Assembly (NCBI GenBank): GCA_041661605.1
Contig: JBAZUE010000001.1
Span: 414,928 to 478,927, forward strand
Direction: 5' to 3'
DNA length: 64,000 bases
DNA from: Candidatus Omnitrophota bacterium
GTDB taxonomy: Bacteria; Omnitrophota; Gorgyraeia; Gygaellales; Profunditerraquicolaceae
The notes below the pieces were generated by a model. That model worked only from the letters and a program-made list of their open reading frames with translations, searched no databases and was not told the DNA's origin. Positions 50,061-59,567 of this stretch are shown one piece after another; position 1 is the first letter of the stretch, and every line of letters starts with the position of its first letter. Made by a program: the position numbers and the translations under genes.

Positions 50061-50912
50061 TTAATTACTCCTCTGACTAAAATAATCAAGCAACTGGATA
50101 ATATTATTTTTCATATTCTTACGATGCACGATCATATCGATAAGCCCATGGTCTAACAAAAACTCCGAACGCTGAAAACCAGCAGGAAGTTTCTGCCTTA
50201 TGGTCTGTTCAATAACCCGGGGCCCGGTAAAACCAATAAGGGCATTAGGCTCAGCCATGATTACATCTCCCACGCCGGCAAAAGAAGCCATAATCCCGGC
50301 CATCGTGGGATTAGTAAGCACAGACACATACAATAACCCCGCCTTGCGGTGATAAGATAAAGCTGCGCAGGTTTTAGCCATTTGCATAAGACTGTACATA
50401 CCTTCATACATACGCGCTCCGCCTCCGGAACCGGATACAATAATCATGGGAAGCTTCATTTTGGTAGCATGTTCTATAGCCCGGGTTATTTTCTCACCTA
50501 CCACTGAACCCATAGACCCCATGATAAAACGCGAATCAGTAACGGCTATGACCGCCTGCCTTTGGTCAATCTTACCTTCTCCGGAAATAACCGCGTCCTT
50601 CAACCCGGTTGATTCCTGGTCCTGCTTCAGTTTCTCTTTATAAGTCTTCGGACCTTTAAAATCAAGCGGATCAACCGAAATCATATCTTTATCAAATTCA
50701 ACAAAAGTATCTTTATCAAATAAAATATTTATTCTTTCATAAGCAGTCAGCCCAAAATGATAGTTGCATTTAGGGCAAACCTTAAGGTTTTCCTCGAGGG
50801 TTTTGTTATAAAGCGTTTCCAGGCATTCTTCGCATTTTGTCCATAGCCCATCCGGTATCTCTTTTTTCTTTATGCGTACGATGGTATATTTTGGTTTACC
50901 GAACAGGGCCAT
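50061..50912 (-). CDS. accD: Acetyl-CoA carboxylase carboxyltransferase beta subunit
   Basis: Zn ribbon WTKCEECLETLYNKTLEENLKVCPKCNYH, followed by the carboxyltransferase domain. Confidence 0.9.
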   Translation of the reverse strand: MALFGKPKYTIVRIKKKEIPDGLWTKCEECLETLYNKTLEENLKVCPKCNYHFGLTAYERINILFDKDTFVEFDKDMISVDPLDFKGPKTYKEKLKQDQESTGLKDAVISGEGKIDQRQAVIAVTDSRFIMGSMGSVVGEKITRAIEHATKMKLPMIIVSGSGGGARMYEGMYSLMQMAKTCAALSYHRKAGLLYVSVLTNPTMAGIMASFAGVGDVIMAEPNALIGFTGPRVIEQTIRQKLPAGFQRSEFLLDHGLIDMIVHRKNMKNNIIQLLDYFSQRSN

Positions 50913-50923
50913 ATTTATAAATC

Positions 50924-52219
50924 TTAAATGTTTATATCTTCCAGCTTATTAATCACTAACCCCGAAAGCACCTTGGGATAAAAATAAGTAGATTTGGGAG
51001 GCATCTTATTGCCGCCTAAAGCAACATTAATAATCTGGCCTATCTTTACCGGGTTTAAGAAAAAGGCCACCTTCAACGGATCAGCATCAACCTCTTTAAT
51101 GAACTCTTCAGGATCAGGATCATATCTTACGCTGGGAAGATTCTCCAGGTCAAAATTTAGAATATTCTTCAATACAAGGTAATTTAGAATGGCAACATCC
51201 AGGGTTCGGTATTCTTTAGGCTTATCGGCAATTAATTTATCCAGGATCTTTATATTTTTCAGGCGCAAAAGAAAATATTTCTTATCTTTATATACCCCTA
51301 AAAGGTGCTCGGTGCATCCGGCTTTCTCCAGAAGGAAGAAGAAACGAGTTTTGTCTTTAACCTGGTCTATGTCGAAGTACTCTTTAGCCCGGGAAATAAA
51401 ATCCGGCAGGTTTAATTCATTGTCCAGCTTAAATAAGCGGTGGATAGGGGAAATTGACAGGCCGCGGGAATCCGTATTGGTGAAATATGACAGGCAATAG
51501 TTAAAATCTTCTTCTCCCGTGAAACTGGCGCCTAGTTTTTCGCGCATAAGATCCCGCCAGGCGCAGGCTACTTCATAGCGATGATGGCCGTCGGCAATAA
51601 ACATATTCTCATCGTTCATGCTGTTTTCAATTGTTTCCAAAACCTCCGGGCTGTCAAGGCACCATAATTTATGGCGGGTTTTCTCAGCATCAACAACTTC
51701 GATAAATACATCCTTATCAGAGATATGCTTCTGGAATATCCGTTGAATAATCCGTTTTTTGTCCAAGAAAATAACAAAAATAGGGCTGAGATTGGCTTTT
51801 ACCTGCTTGAGCAGTTTAAAACGGTCCTGTTTGGCTTCCATATGCGTATTTTCATGGCCAAAAACAGCCGATCCTTTATCATCACCAAGCCTGAGCAAAG
51901 AAATAAAACCCAAGCGGGTTTTTTTCTCCCCCCTGATAACATACTGTTGGCTATAAAAATAAATAGCCGGCCGCTCATCCTGGATAAGCACCTTATCTTT
52001 AAGCCATTCCCTGAATATTAATCCAGCCCTGCGGTATTTATCGTCAGAGGATGAATCTTTAGCCAGGAGTATATGGATAAAATTATAAACTGAGCGCTCA
52101 TGGTATTCCTCTTGAGCCAGCGGAGAAATTACATCATACGGCGGGCAAACAACCTGATTGAAATCCTCGATTTTTTCCGGATTATAAACTACTGCTTTAA
52201 AAGCTTTTATCTTGGTCAT
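50924..52219 (-). CDS. DUF1015 domain-containing protein
   Basis: IKAFKAVVYNPEKI...VVCPPYDVIS and ADGHHRYE motifs typical of DUF1015. Confidence 0.8.
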   Translation of the reverse strand: MTKIKAFKAVVYNPEKIEDFNQVVCPPYDVISPLAQEEYHERSVYNFIHILLAKDSSSDDKYRRAGLIFREWLKDKVLIQDERPAIYFYSQQYVIRGEKKTRLGFISLLRLGDDKGSAVFGHENTHMEAKQDRFKLLKQVKANLSPIFVIFLDKKRIIQRIFQKHISDKDVFIEVVDAEKTRHKLWCLDSPEVLETIENSMNDENMFIADGHHRYEVACAWRDLMREKLGASFTGEEDFNYCLSYFTNTDSRGLSISPIHRLFKLDNELNLPDFISRAKEYFDIDQVKDKTRFFFLLEKAGCTEHLLGVYKDKKYFLLRLKNIKILDKLIADKPKEYRTLDVAILNYLVLKNILNFDLENLPSVRYDPDPEEFIKEVDADPLKVAFFLNPVKIGQIINVALGGNKMPPKSTYFYPKVLSGLVINKLEDINI

Positions 52220-52315
52220 TAAATTTGCAATACCAGAAAAAGTTAACTTAGCAACATAAAGATAATTTTACCACATAAAAGAATAAAAACAATAATTTTA
52301 AAGTTTTTATCCGCT

Positions 52316-52555
52316 TTAGTGGCCGGCGCAGCCGGAGCAGCCTTGATGCGCTTTGGGACAAGAAGGTTTATCCGCTTTCTTATAATCTGTAGCATAAAAA
52401 CCCGGCCCCTTAAAGATAAAACCTCCCGTACTGCTGATTAATTTCTTAACCTTCTTTGAACATTTTGGGCATTTAGTTATTGGTTTCGCTTTTATGCTCT
52501 GTAAAATTTCAAATTTATGCTTACAGGCTAAACACTCATATTCATACGTAGGCAT
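52316..52555 (-). CDS. FmdB family zinc-ribbon protein
   Basis: MPTYEYECLACKHKFEILQSIKAKPITKCPKCSKKVKKLIS (CxxC...CxxC), with a Cys-rich C-terminal tail. Confidence 0.8.
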   Translation of the reverse strand: MPTYEYECLACKHKFEILQSIKAKPITKCPKCSKKVKKLISSTGGFIFKGPGFYATDYKKADKPSCPKAHQGCSGCAGH

Positions 52556-52567
52556 TTTCCCCTCTTT

Positions 52568-53737
52568 TTATCTGAATGATTTTTTAAACTTATCCGTAAA
52601 ACTATCCTTAGCCCCCAAATCCTCTCCGCTTAGACGGGCAAACTCTTCCATTAGCTGTCTTTGCCGGCTGGATAACCTAACCGGGATATCAATATTGACC
52701 CTCACCAGTTCATCTCCTATATCCTGGGAATGCAAATCCGGTATTCCTTTCCCCTTGAGACGGAAAATCTTACCGGCCTGCGTGCCCGGAGGAACCTTCA
52801 TGGTTAACCTGCCTTCTAAAGCAGGAACATCTACCTCTCCGCCTAATACTGCTTTGGCCAAACTGATACTAACCGATGTAGAGATATCATTGTTATGCCT
52901 TTCAAAGGTATCATGCGGCCTCAGCTCAATAATAACATAAAGATCCCCGCGGCTGTTAACGCCGGCTTCCCCTTCCTGGCGCACGCGTAATTGCGAACCA
53001 TTATCAACACCTGCCGGAATCTTAACTTTTATCTTCTTAACAACTTTAACCCTGCCCTCTCCACGGCAATCCGGGCAGGGAGATTGAATAATCGATCCTT
53101 CGCCGCCGCAACGGGAACAAGTCTGCGCTAACTGGAAGAATCCATTTGAAACAACTGTCCTGCCTGAACCTTTGCATTGAGGGCAGGTGCTTCTTTTTGT
53201 TCCGGCCTTAGCTCCGCTGCCGCCGCAGTTTGCACAGGTTTCATAACGCGGCACAGTAATTGTCCTCTCTACGCCCTGCGCCGCCTCCTCTAATGAAATA
53301 TCAATAGCTATCTGTAAATCCCTGCCTCGGCGCCTGGCAGATTGAGACTTTGATTGGTGTGTCCCTGAAATATCGAAACCGAGGTCTCCGAATATCTCTT
53401 CAAAAATACTGCCGCCAGCGCCGAAACCACCACCCATCTCTCTGAAGATACTGCTGAAATCAGCGCCCTTAAAGATATCCTCCTGGGCGTATTTCTGGTC
53501 GATCCCGGAGTGGCCGTATTTATCGTAAAGCTCGCGTTTAGAAGAATCCGAAAGCACGGCATACGCTTCGGAAACTTCCTTGAATCTCTCCTCCGCTTCT
53601 TTTTTTTGCTCCGCAGGCACACGGTCCGGATGGAACTTAAGCGCCATCTCCCGGTAAGCTTTCCTTACATCTTCCGAAGAAGCGCTTTTGGCAACACCCA
53701 GAATCTCGTAATAATCACGTTTAGTGGTCATAACCAA
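52568..53737 (-). CDS. dnaJ: Molecular chaperone DnaJ
   Basis: J domain DYYEILGV...KFHPDR, a G/F region and four CxxCxGxG zinc-finger repeats. Confidence 0.95.
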   Translation of the reverse strand: MVMTTKRDYYEILGVAKSASSEDVRKAYREMALKFHPDRVPAEQKKEAEERFKEVSEAYAVLSDSSKRELYDKYGHSGIDQKYAQEDIFKGADFSSIFREMGGGFGAGGSIFEEIFGDLGFDISGTHQSKSQSARRRGRDLQIAIDISLEEAAQGVERTITVPRYETCANCGGSGAKAGTKRSTCPQCKGSGRTVVSNGFFQLAQTCSRCGGEGSIIQSPCPDCRGEGRVKVVKKIKVKIPAGVDNGSQLRVRQEGEAGVNSRGDLYVIIELRPHDTFERHNNDISTSVSISLAKAVLGGEVDVPALEGRLTMKVPPGTQAGKIFRLKGKGIPDLHSQDIGDELVRVNIDIPVRLSSRQRQLMEEFARLSGEDLGAKDSFTDKFKKSFR

Positions 53738-53754
53738 CTTTCTCTACTGATCAT

Positions 53755-55683
53755 TTATTTCTTATCGTCCTCTTCTTTAAAGTCGGCGTCAATAATATCT
53801 TCAGCGCCCGGCTGAGAAGGGCCTTCCTGATGAGGTTTAGGATTTTCCTGAGCTCCGGCATCGGAAGATTGCTTAGCGTCTGTTTTCTGTTTAGCAGCCG
53901 CCTGCTTATAAATCTCCTCCGCAAGCTTATGCGAAACCTTGGTTAAATCATCCATCCCCTTCTTAACCCGTTCAATATTCTTATCTTTTATCGCGGATTT
54001 TAAATCATTCAACTTAACTTCTATATCCGCGCGTTCAGACTGACTGACTTTATCACCGTAATCTTTCAACGACTTCTCCGTAGCATAGATAAGATTATCC
54101 GCCTGATTTATAGCCTCTACCTCTTCTTTCTTTTTTGAATCTTCAGCCGCATATTTCTCGGCATCGCGCACCATTTTGTCTATCTCTTCCTTGGAAAGTT
54201 TCTTAGGCGCAGTGATTTTGATGGACTGTTCTTTCCCCGTGCCTAGATCTTTAGCGGAAACATGCACAATCCCGTTTGCGTCAATATCAAAAGCTACCTC
54301 TACTTGCGGCACTCCGCGCGGAGCCGAAGGAATCCCCACCAGATCAAACCTGCCCAACTCAACATTACCTTCCGCATCGGCGATAGAACGCTCACCCTGA
54401 ATAACCCGGATAGTTACTGCTGTCTGGTTATCAGCGGCAGTAGAGAAAACCTGCGATTTTCGCGTAGGAATTGTAGTATTTCTCTCGATCAACTTGGTAT
54501 TTACTCCGCCTAAAGTTTCAATTCCTAAAGATAGAGGAGTAACGTCAAGCAGCAAAACATCTTTGACTTCGCCTTTGATGATTGCCGCCTGCACCGCCGC
54601 CCCTAATGCCACACATTCCATAGGGTCAACCCCGCGTTCGATCTTCTTACCTGTATATTCCTCTACAAACTTTTGCACAATAGGCATCCGTGTTGGCCCG
54701 CCAACCATGATAATTTTATCCACGCCTTTATCGCTGAAGTTAATACCTTCTTTTTCAAACGCTTCTTTTGCATCCTTTAAGGCATGCTCCAAAGGGCCTT
54801 TACAGCGTTCGATAATCGGGCCAACCAATTCCTCAAGTTTAGCCCGGTTAATTGACATAGTTAAATGCTTAGGACCGGTAGAATCCGCGGTAATAAAGGG
54901 AAGGTTAATATCAGTAGTAAGCGTGCTGGAAAGTTCAACCTTGGCCTTTTCCGCGGCTTCACGCAAGCGTTGCATAGCCATTTTATCGCCCTTCAGATCA
55001 ATGCCGGTATCCCGTTTAAACTCTTTGGCAATATAATCAATCAGGGTATTATCCATATCCGTACCGCCTAACTGGGTATCGCCGCTGGTTGCCATAACCT
55101 TAAAACCGCCCTCTTTCCACATCTCCATAATTGTAACATCGAGGGTTCCGCCTCCCAGATCAAAAACCAGGATCTTTAACTCTTTTCCCGCTTTTTCCAA
55201 ACCATAAGCAAGACAGGCAGCAGTAGGCTCATTAATAATTCTCAATACCTTTAATCCGGCGATCTCTCCGGCATCCTTAGTAGCTGTCCTCTGGTTGTCA
55301 TCAAAATACGCAGGACATGTAATTACTACCTCTTCCACCTTGTCCCCAAGATAAGCTTCGGCGTCCTGCTTAACTTTTTGCAGGATAAAAGAAGATATCT
55401 GCTGGGGGGTATATTCTTTCCCATAGGCCTTGAACTTGTAGTCTGTGCCCATTTTACGCTTGGCGGCCTGAATCGTGCCTTCAGCATTTATAGCTGCCTG
55501 GCGCCTTGCCGGCTCACCCACCAGCCGCTGGCCGTCTTTTGTAAAAGCGACAAATGAAGGAAACGCCTTACCCGAAGCAACACCGGCTCCTTCAGCCGAA
55601 GGAATGATCACCGGCCTGCCGCCTTCCATAACCGCAGCCGCTGAATTAGATGTTCCCAAATCAATACCGATAACTTTTGCCAT
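53755..55683 (-). CDS. dnaK: Molecular chaperone DnaK (Hsp70)
   Basis: [18 protein letters not shown]..., [10 protein letters not shown] and other canonical Hsp70 sequence throughout. Confidence 0.97.
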   Translation of the reverse strand: MAKVIGIDLGTSNSAAAVMEGGRPVIIPSAEGAGVASGKAFPSFVAFTKDGQRLVGEPARRQAAINAEGTIQAAKRKMGTDYKFKAYGKEYTPQQISSFILQKVKQDAEAYLGDKVEEVVITCPAYFDDNQRTATKDAGEIAGLKVLRIINEPTAACLAYGLEKAGKELKILVFDLGGGTLDVTIMEMWKEGGFKVMATSGDTQLGGTDMDNTLIDYIAKEFKRDTGIDLKGDKMAMQRLREAAEKAKVELSSTLTTDINLPFITADSTGPKHLTMSINRAKLEELVGPIIERCKGPLEHALKDAKEAFEKEGINFSDKGVDKIIMVGGPTRMPIVQKFVEEYTGKKIERGVDPMECVALGAAVQAAIIKGEVKDVLLLDVTPLSLGIETLGGVNTKLIERNTTIPTRKSQVFSTAADNQTAVTIRVIQGERSIADAEGNVELGRFDLVGIPSAPRGVPQVEVAFDIDANGIVHVSAKDLGTGKEQSIKITAPKKLSKEEIDKMVRDAEKYAAEDSKKKEEVEAINQADNLIYATEKSLKDYGDKVSQSERADIEVKLNDLKSAIKDKNIERVKKGMDDLTKVSHKLAEEIYKQAAAKQKTDAKQSSDAGAQENPKPHQEGPSQPGAEDIIDADFKEEDDKK

Positions 55684-55693
55684 ATTTATCCTC

Positions 55694-56203
55694 CTATTGT
55701 TTTTTAGAGACTTTAACCTTAGCGGTCCTGATTACCCGCTCATACATTAAGTATCCTTTTTGTAAAACTTCAACTATCGTATTATCCGGTAAATCCTTGT
55801 TCTCCACCTGCATAAGAGCTTCATGGTAATTAGGATCGAAAACCTTACCTTCGGCCTCAACAGGTTTGACTCCATGCGTTTTAAGCAGTTCATAAAGATG
55901 CGCCAGGATCATCTCTACGCCTTTTAAGAAAGCGTTAAGATCTTCATGCTTATCTTCAGCCAGATTTATCACACGCTCCAAATCATCAAGTACATTCAAT
56001 AACTCTAAGACTATCCCCTCGTTGGCATATTTAATAAAATCCTGCTTCTCCCGTTCAAGGCGTTTGCGCATATTTTCAAAATCTGCCTGGGAACGCAAAA
56101 GCTTATCCTGGATATCTTTAAGCGTCACCATATCCGAATCTTTAAACTCAGGATTATCTTTGTTATCTTTATTATCTTTATGGTTATTCTTTATCTCATT
56201 CAT
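55694..56203 (-). CDS. grpE: Nucleotide exchange factor GrpE
   Basis: [17 protein letters not shown] ... FDPNYHEA ... [14 protein letters not shown]. Confidence 0.9.
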   Translation of the reverse strand: MNEIKNNHKDNKDNKDNPEFKDSDMVTLKDIQDKLLRSQADFENMRKRLEREKQDFIKYANEGIVLELLNVLDDLERVINLAEDKHEDLNAFLKGVEMILAHLYELLKTHGVKPVEAEGKVFDPNYHEALMQVENKDLPDNTIVEVLQKGYLMYERVIRTAKVKVSKKQ

Positions 56204-56205
56204 CG

Positions 56206-56940
56206 TTAAAATGTGCTGAGCACTTCCGTCAAAACATCAGAAATATACTCTAAGGCAGGGATAATATGATCGTACTCCATGCGCATAGGCCCTAATACCG
56301 CGATCCGACCGGAAGGCTGATTCTTTAATTTATAATTAGTGACGATTAAAGAACAGCTTTCCATCTCGGGAAAACCCAATTCGCTGCCAATATAAATTTT
56401 TACCTTGCCGGAAAAATCGCGGTTGATAATACTCAACAGGCGGTTTTTGTCTTCCATTAACCTGACCAACAGACGGATTTTATCAACATCCCTGAATTCC
56501 GGCTGGTCTAATATGCGGCTGATCCCTTTGTAAAATATCTTGTCCTGCCACTCCAGAAACGAAACAATTCCGGCGTAATGCGTAATCTCGGAGATCACTT
56601 CAGAGGTATTTTCCAAAGCATCATCCAGGCGGCGGATCTTCTTCTTGCAATCCTTAAGTATACGTTTTTTCTCTTCATCAAGAAGCTCAATCTGCTGCAC
56701 AAGGAAATCCACATAATAGCGATAACCTTTATCCGTGGGAATCCTGCCTCCTGAAGTATATGGATGCTTTAAATATCCGGACTCATCAAGCTCAGAGAAT
56801 ATATTCCTTATAGTCGCCGAGCTTAAATCAAACTCATCGGCAATATCTTCGGAAGCTACAGGAGCCGCGTTCTTGATATAACGGTTGATAGCTGAGTTTA
56901 AAATTGATTTTCTGCGAGAGCCATAATCAACACTAGTCAC
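56206..56940 (-). CDS. hrcA: Heat-inducible transcription repressor HrcA (short form, 244 aa)
   Basis: Winged-helix N-terminus ending in HPYTSGGRIPTDKGYRYYVDFL. C-terminal IGSE...GRIAVLGPMRMEYDHIIPAL. GTG start. A CIRCE element lies 80 nt upstream and grpE-dnaK-dnaJ downstream. Confidence 0.85.
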   Translation of the reverse strand: MTSVDYGSRRKSILNSAINRYIKNAAPVASEDIADEFDLSSATIRNIFSELDESGYLKHPYTSGGRIPTDKGYRYYVDFLVQQIELLDEEKKRILKDCKKKIRRLDDALENTSEVISEITHYAGIVSFLEWQDKIFYKGISRILDQPEFRDVDKIRLLVRLMEDKNRLLSIINRDFSGKVKIYIGSELGFPEMESCSLIVTNYKLKNQPSGRIAVLGPMRMEYDHIIPALEYISDVLTEVLSTF

Positions 56941-56988
56941 CGGTTTATTCTCCTATTATTACCTTCAAACTGCCAATACTAAGCCGTA

Positions 56989-57016
56989 ATTTTAACACAA
57001 TTTGTTGTTTTGTCAA
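56989..57016 (-). promoter_or_regulatory. Putative sigma70 promoter of hrcA-grpE-dnaK-dnaJ
   Basis: The minus strand reads TTGACA (57016-57011), a 16-nt spacer ending in TGT, then TAAAAT (56994-56989), immediately downstream of CIRCE. Confidence 0.4.
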
Positions 57017-57021
57017 TAAGA

Positions 57022-57048
57022 TTAGCACTTAAATATAGAGAGTGCTAA
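57022..57048. promoter_or_regulatory. CIRCE operator (HrcA binding site)
   Basis: TTAGCACTT-AAATATAGA-GAGTGCTAA matches the consensus TTAGCACTC-N9-GAGTGCTAA with one mismatch. It lies upstream of hrcA. Confidence 0.9.
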
Positions 57049-57066
57049 TCTTATAATAAAAAAAAT

Positions 57067-57324
57067 TCATCCCTCCTTTTCAAGTATCACTTTTACCCCG
57101 TGAATATTTACGCGTTTTTCTTCCATTAGATAATGCACATACTCAAGCTTTTTTAAGTCCTTCAAAGAATACAAACGGTTTTTCTTACCTATCCGTTTAG
57201 GACGCACCACTCCTGCTTTGTCCAATTGGCGCAATGTCCAAATTGGGATATTAACCAACCTGCAAACCACTCCGATTACATAAACCGGCTCTTCAGGGGC
57301 TATCTTAATCCTGAGCATTGGCAT
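57067..57324 (-). CDS. Small MerR-family HTH regulator, HspR/CbpM-like
   Basis: PVYVIGVVCRLVNIPIWTLRQLDKAGVVRPKRIGKKNRLYSLKDLKKLEYVHYLMEEKRVNIHGVKVIL follows the MerR HTH pattern. The start is set at the ATG at 57324 (GGGAGG 6 nt upstream). Confidence 0.7.
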   Translation of the reverse strand: MPMLRIKIAPEEPVYVIGVVCRLVNIPIWTLRQLDKAGVVRPKRIGKKNRLYSLKDLKKLEYVHYLMEEKRVNIHGVKVILEKEG

Positions 57325-57344
57325 ATCAGGCCTCCCGCGAGAAT

Positions 57345-57373
57345 AGATTAACACAATAGCCGTATCTTGTCAA
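57345..57373 (-). promoter_or_regulatory. Putative sigma70 promoter of the MerR/HspR-like gene
   Basis: The minus strand reads TTGACA (57373-57368), a 17-nt spacer ending in TGT, then TAATCT (57350-57345). It sits in the 76-nt gap after hflX. Confidence 0.45.
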
Positions 57374-57400
57374 GTGAAATGATTATTTTTGTTAGATAAC

Positions 57401-58660
57401 CTAACTGATAACCTCTATATCCTTATCTTTATTTATTTTGTTGAAGAGTTCCCGGGAAATCCTGAGGCTTATACTAACCCCTTTTTGCAAATAATCAATT
57501 TTATCCACTTTAGCCTGGCGATAAAAGAAATCGACCAATTCCATGCGGCTGTGAGGTATGATTATTTTTAAATTTAACATAAGGCTGGAAAAATATCCCT
57601 GTATACGTTCAATTAAAGCTCCCAGGTTCTCCCCTGTTTTGGCTGATAAAATAACAGCATCGGCAAACTCATTCTTATGCACCTGCAGCCAGCTGCGGTC
57701 AGAAACCAGGTCTATTTTGTTTAGCGCCACCAGGACAGGTTTATCCTTTAAGCCTAATTCTTCCAGGACACTCTGCACAGCCTGATTATGCTGGAGTATC
57801 CGCTGATCAGCCAGGTCTAAAACATGGATCAATAAATCCGCGTCAGAGACTTCTTCCAAAGTAGCTTTGAACGCCTCAATCAGATGATGCGGAAGATCAT
57901 GCAAGAAACCTACCGTGTCGGAGAGAATAATATTTTGTCCATTAGGCAGCTGCAAACTCTTGGAAAGCGGATCCAGCGTAGTAAATAATTTCCCTGAGGT
58001 GGCTTGCACGGCATCAGTCAGGCGGTTAAGCAACGTAGATTTGCCCGCGCTAGTGTAACCCACTAAAGCTACCAGGGGAAGGTTATTGCTTTTTCTTTTT
58101 TTGTGCGTCGTTAAACGATGCAGCCTGAACGCCTTCAAATCCTCCTTTAGCTTATCAATCCTCTTCCTGACCTGACGCCGGTCAATCTCAAGCTTAGTCT
58201 CACCCGGGCCGCGGGTACCGACTCCGCCGCCTAATCGCGAAAGCATTACACCCTTACCTACCAGGCGAGGAAGCAAATATTGGAGCAAAGCCAACTCCAC
58301 CTGCATTTTCCCTTCAGGGCTTTTGGCTCTGCGGCTGAAAATATCAAGGATCAACTGCGTGCGGTCAATAGTTTTCCTGCCTAGGGCATCTTCCAGGTTG
58401 CGTTGCTGCGTACCGGATAGGTCATGGCTGAAAATTATCGTATCCACAGCCTCTTCGCTGGCGACAATACCAATCTCCTCAACCTTACCTTTACCAATAA
58501 GGAAATTTGCCGTACCCCTTTCACAGATACAAATTATATTCTCAACTACCTCAACACCGGCTGAAACAGCCAACTCTTCCAACTCCGAAGAGGTATCTTC
58601 AATACGCCAGTGATGTTTATCTGTTTTAATTTGAATGCTGACTAAGAGAGCTTTTTCCAT
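57401..58660 (-). CDS. hflX: GTPase HflX
   Basis: HflX N-terminal domain (DRTQLILDIFSRRAKSPEGKMQVELA), then the G domain VALVGYTSAGKSTLLN...DTVGF...NKID. Confidence 0.9.
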   Translation of the reverse strand: MEKALLVSIQIKTDKHHWRIEDTSSELEELAVSAGVEVVENIICICERGTANFLIGKGKVEEIGIVASEEAVDTIIFSHDLSGTQQRNLEDALGRKTIDRTQLILDIFSRRAKSPEGKMQVELALLQYLLPRLVGKGVMLSRLGGGVGTRGPGETKLEIDRRQVRKRIDKLKEDLKAFRLHRLTTHKKRKSNNLPLVALVGYTSAGKSTLLNRLTDAVQATSGKLFTTLDPLSKSLQLPNGQNIILSDTVGFLHDLPHHLIEAFKATLEEVSDADLLIHVLDLADQRILQHNQAVQSVLEELGLKDKPVLVALNKIDLVSDRSWLQVHKNEFADAVILSAKTGENLGALIERIQGYFSSLMLNLKIIIPHSRMELVDFFYRQAKVDKIDYLQKGVSISLRISRELFNKINKDKDIEVIS

Positions 58661-59562
58661 ATGCGTTTAGCAACCTCCTTGGCTGTTTCTTTATTCCTGA
58701 TATTAATCCATTCTATGCGCTTGTCTTTCCTAAACCAGGTAAGCTGACGCTTGGCATAGCGCCTGCTGTTACGCTGGATAAGACTCCTGGCGTCATCTAA
58801 AGAATACTTCCCGTTAAAATAACCTTCCAATTCAGGCACCCCTATAGCGCAAAGAGCAGTCTTGCTTAATTTATGCTTGAGCAGATTCCTGACTTCATTA
58901 ATCAATCCGGAGTTAAACATTTTACCGACCCTTTGGTTAATTTTATCATAAAGGTCCTGCCTATTTGTGTTTAAAGCGAATATCTTAATTTCATACTCAT
59001 TACCCAGGCCAACCCTGCTCCTTTGTAAAACAGATATAGGCAGTCCTGTCTCCATATAAACTTCCAAGGCCCGGATAAGTCTCCTGGCATCGTTAGGATG
59101 GATCTTTTGAGCGGACAAAGGATCGACTTTGCTTAATTTCTCATACAAATATTTATTTCCTTTAAGGGACAGCTGTTTATAGAGCCTGGCGCGGATTAAC
59201 TTATTTTCCGGGCCTGACGGAAAAATCCCGTCAATTATAACAGAATAATAAAGCCCGGCACCCCCCACAAACAACGGGAACCTGCCTTTTGAAAATAATT
59301 TGTTGCAAATCGACAGGGCATCTTTTCGATACCTGGCAACATTATATTCTTTAGCGGGATTGATTACGCCAAGCAAATGGTGTTTTACCTTTTTTCTTTG
59401 AGCGCAGCTTGGCTGGGAAGTAACGATATCCATGGAGTTATATACTTGCATGGAATCGCAGGAAATAATCTCAGCGTTGATTTTCCTGGCCAAATGAATC
59501 GCAATCGCGGATTTACCTACGGCGGTAGGGCCGATAAGGAAAATAATCTTTTTCTTGAGCAT
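58642..59562 (-). CDS. miaA: tRNA dimethylallyltransferase
   Basis: IIFLIGPTAVGKSAIAIHLA ... ISCDSMQVY ... HHLLGV ... RYAKRQLTWFR. Confidence 0.95.
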   Translation of the reverse strand: MLKKKIIFLIGPTAVGKSAIAIHLARKINAEIISCDSMQVYNSMDIVTSQPSCAQRKKVKHHLLGVINPAKEYNVARYRKDALSICNKLFSKGRFPLFVGGAGLYYSVIIDGIFPSGPENKLIRARLYKQLSLKGNKYLYEKLSKVDPLSAQKIHPNDARRLIRALEVYMETGLPISVLQRSRVGLGNEYEIKIFALNTNRQDLYDKINQRVGKMFNSGLINEVRNLLKHKLSKTALCAIGVPELEGYFNGKYSLDDARSLIQRNSRRYAKRQLTWFRKDKRIEWINIRNKETAKEVAKRIWKKLS

Positions 59563-59567
59563 AAATA

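Noticed and set aside
53308-53622. 104-aa minus-strand ORF in an alternative frame inside dnaJ
   Set aside because: It lies entirely within the dnaJ G/F and zinc-finger region in another frame. The translation is biased and basic, with no independent start signals.
54494-55036. 180-aa plus-strand ORF (and neighbouring plus-strand ORFs 54176-55071)
   Set aside because: Antisense shadows inside dnaK.
56150-56185. Short tandem repeat (KDN x3) at the 5' end of grpE
   Set aside because: A three-unit 9-nt repeat encoding a low-complexity N-terminal tail. This is common in GrpE N-termini, with no evidence of phase variation.
57130-57160. HAIR-like half sites (ACTCAAG / ACTTAA) that could bind an HspR-type repressor
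   Set aside because: They are inside the MerR-like coding sequence, in the wrong orientation relative to the CTTGAGT-N7-ACTCAAG consensus, and imperfect.
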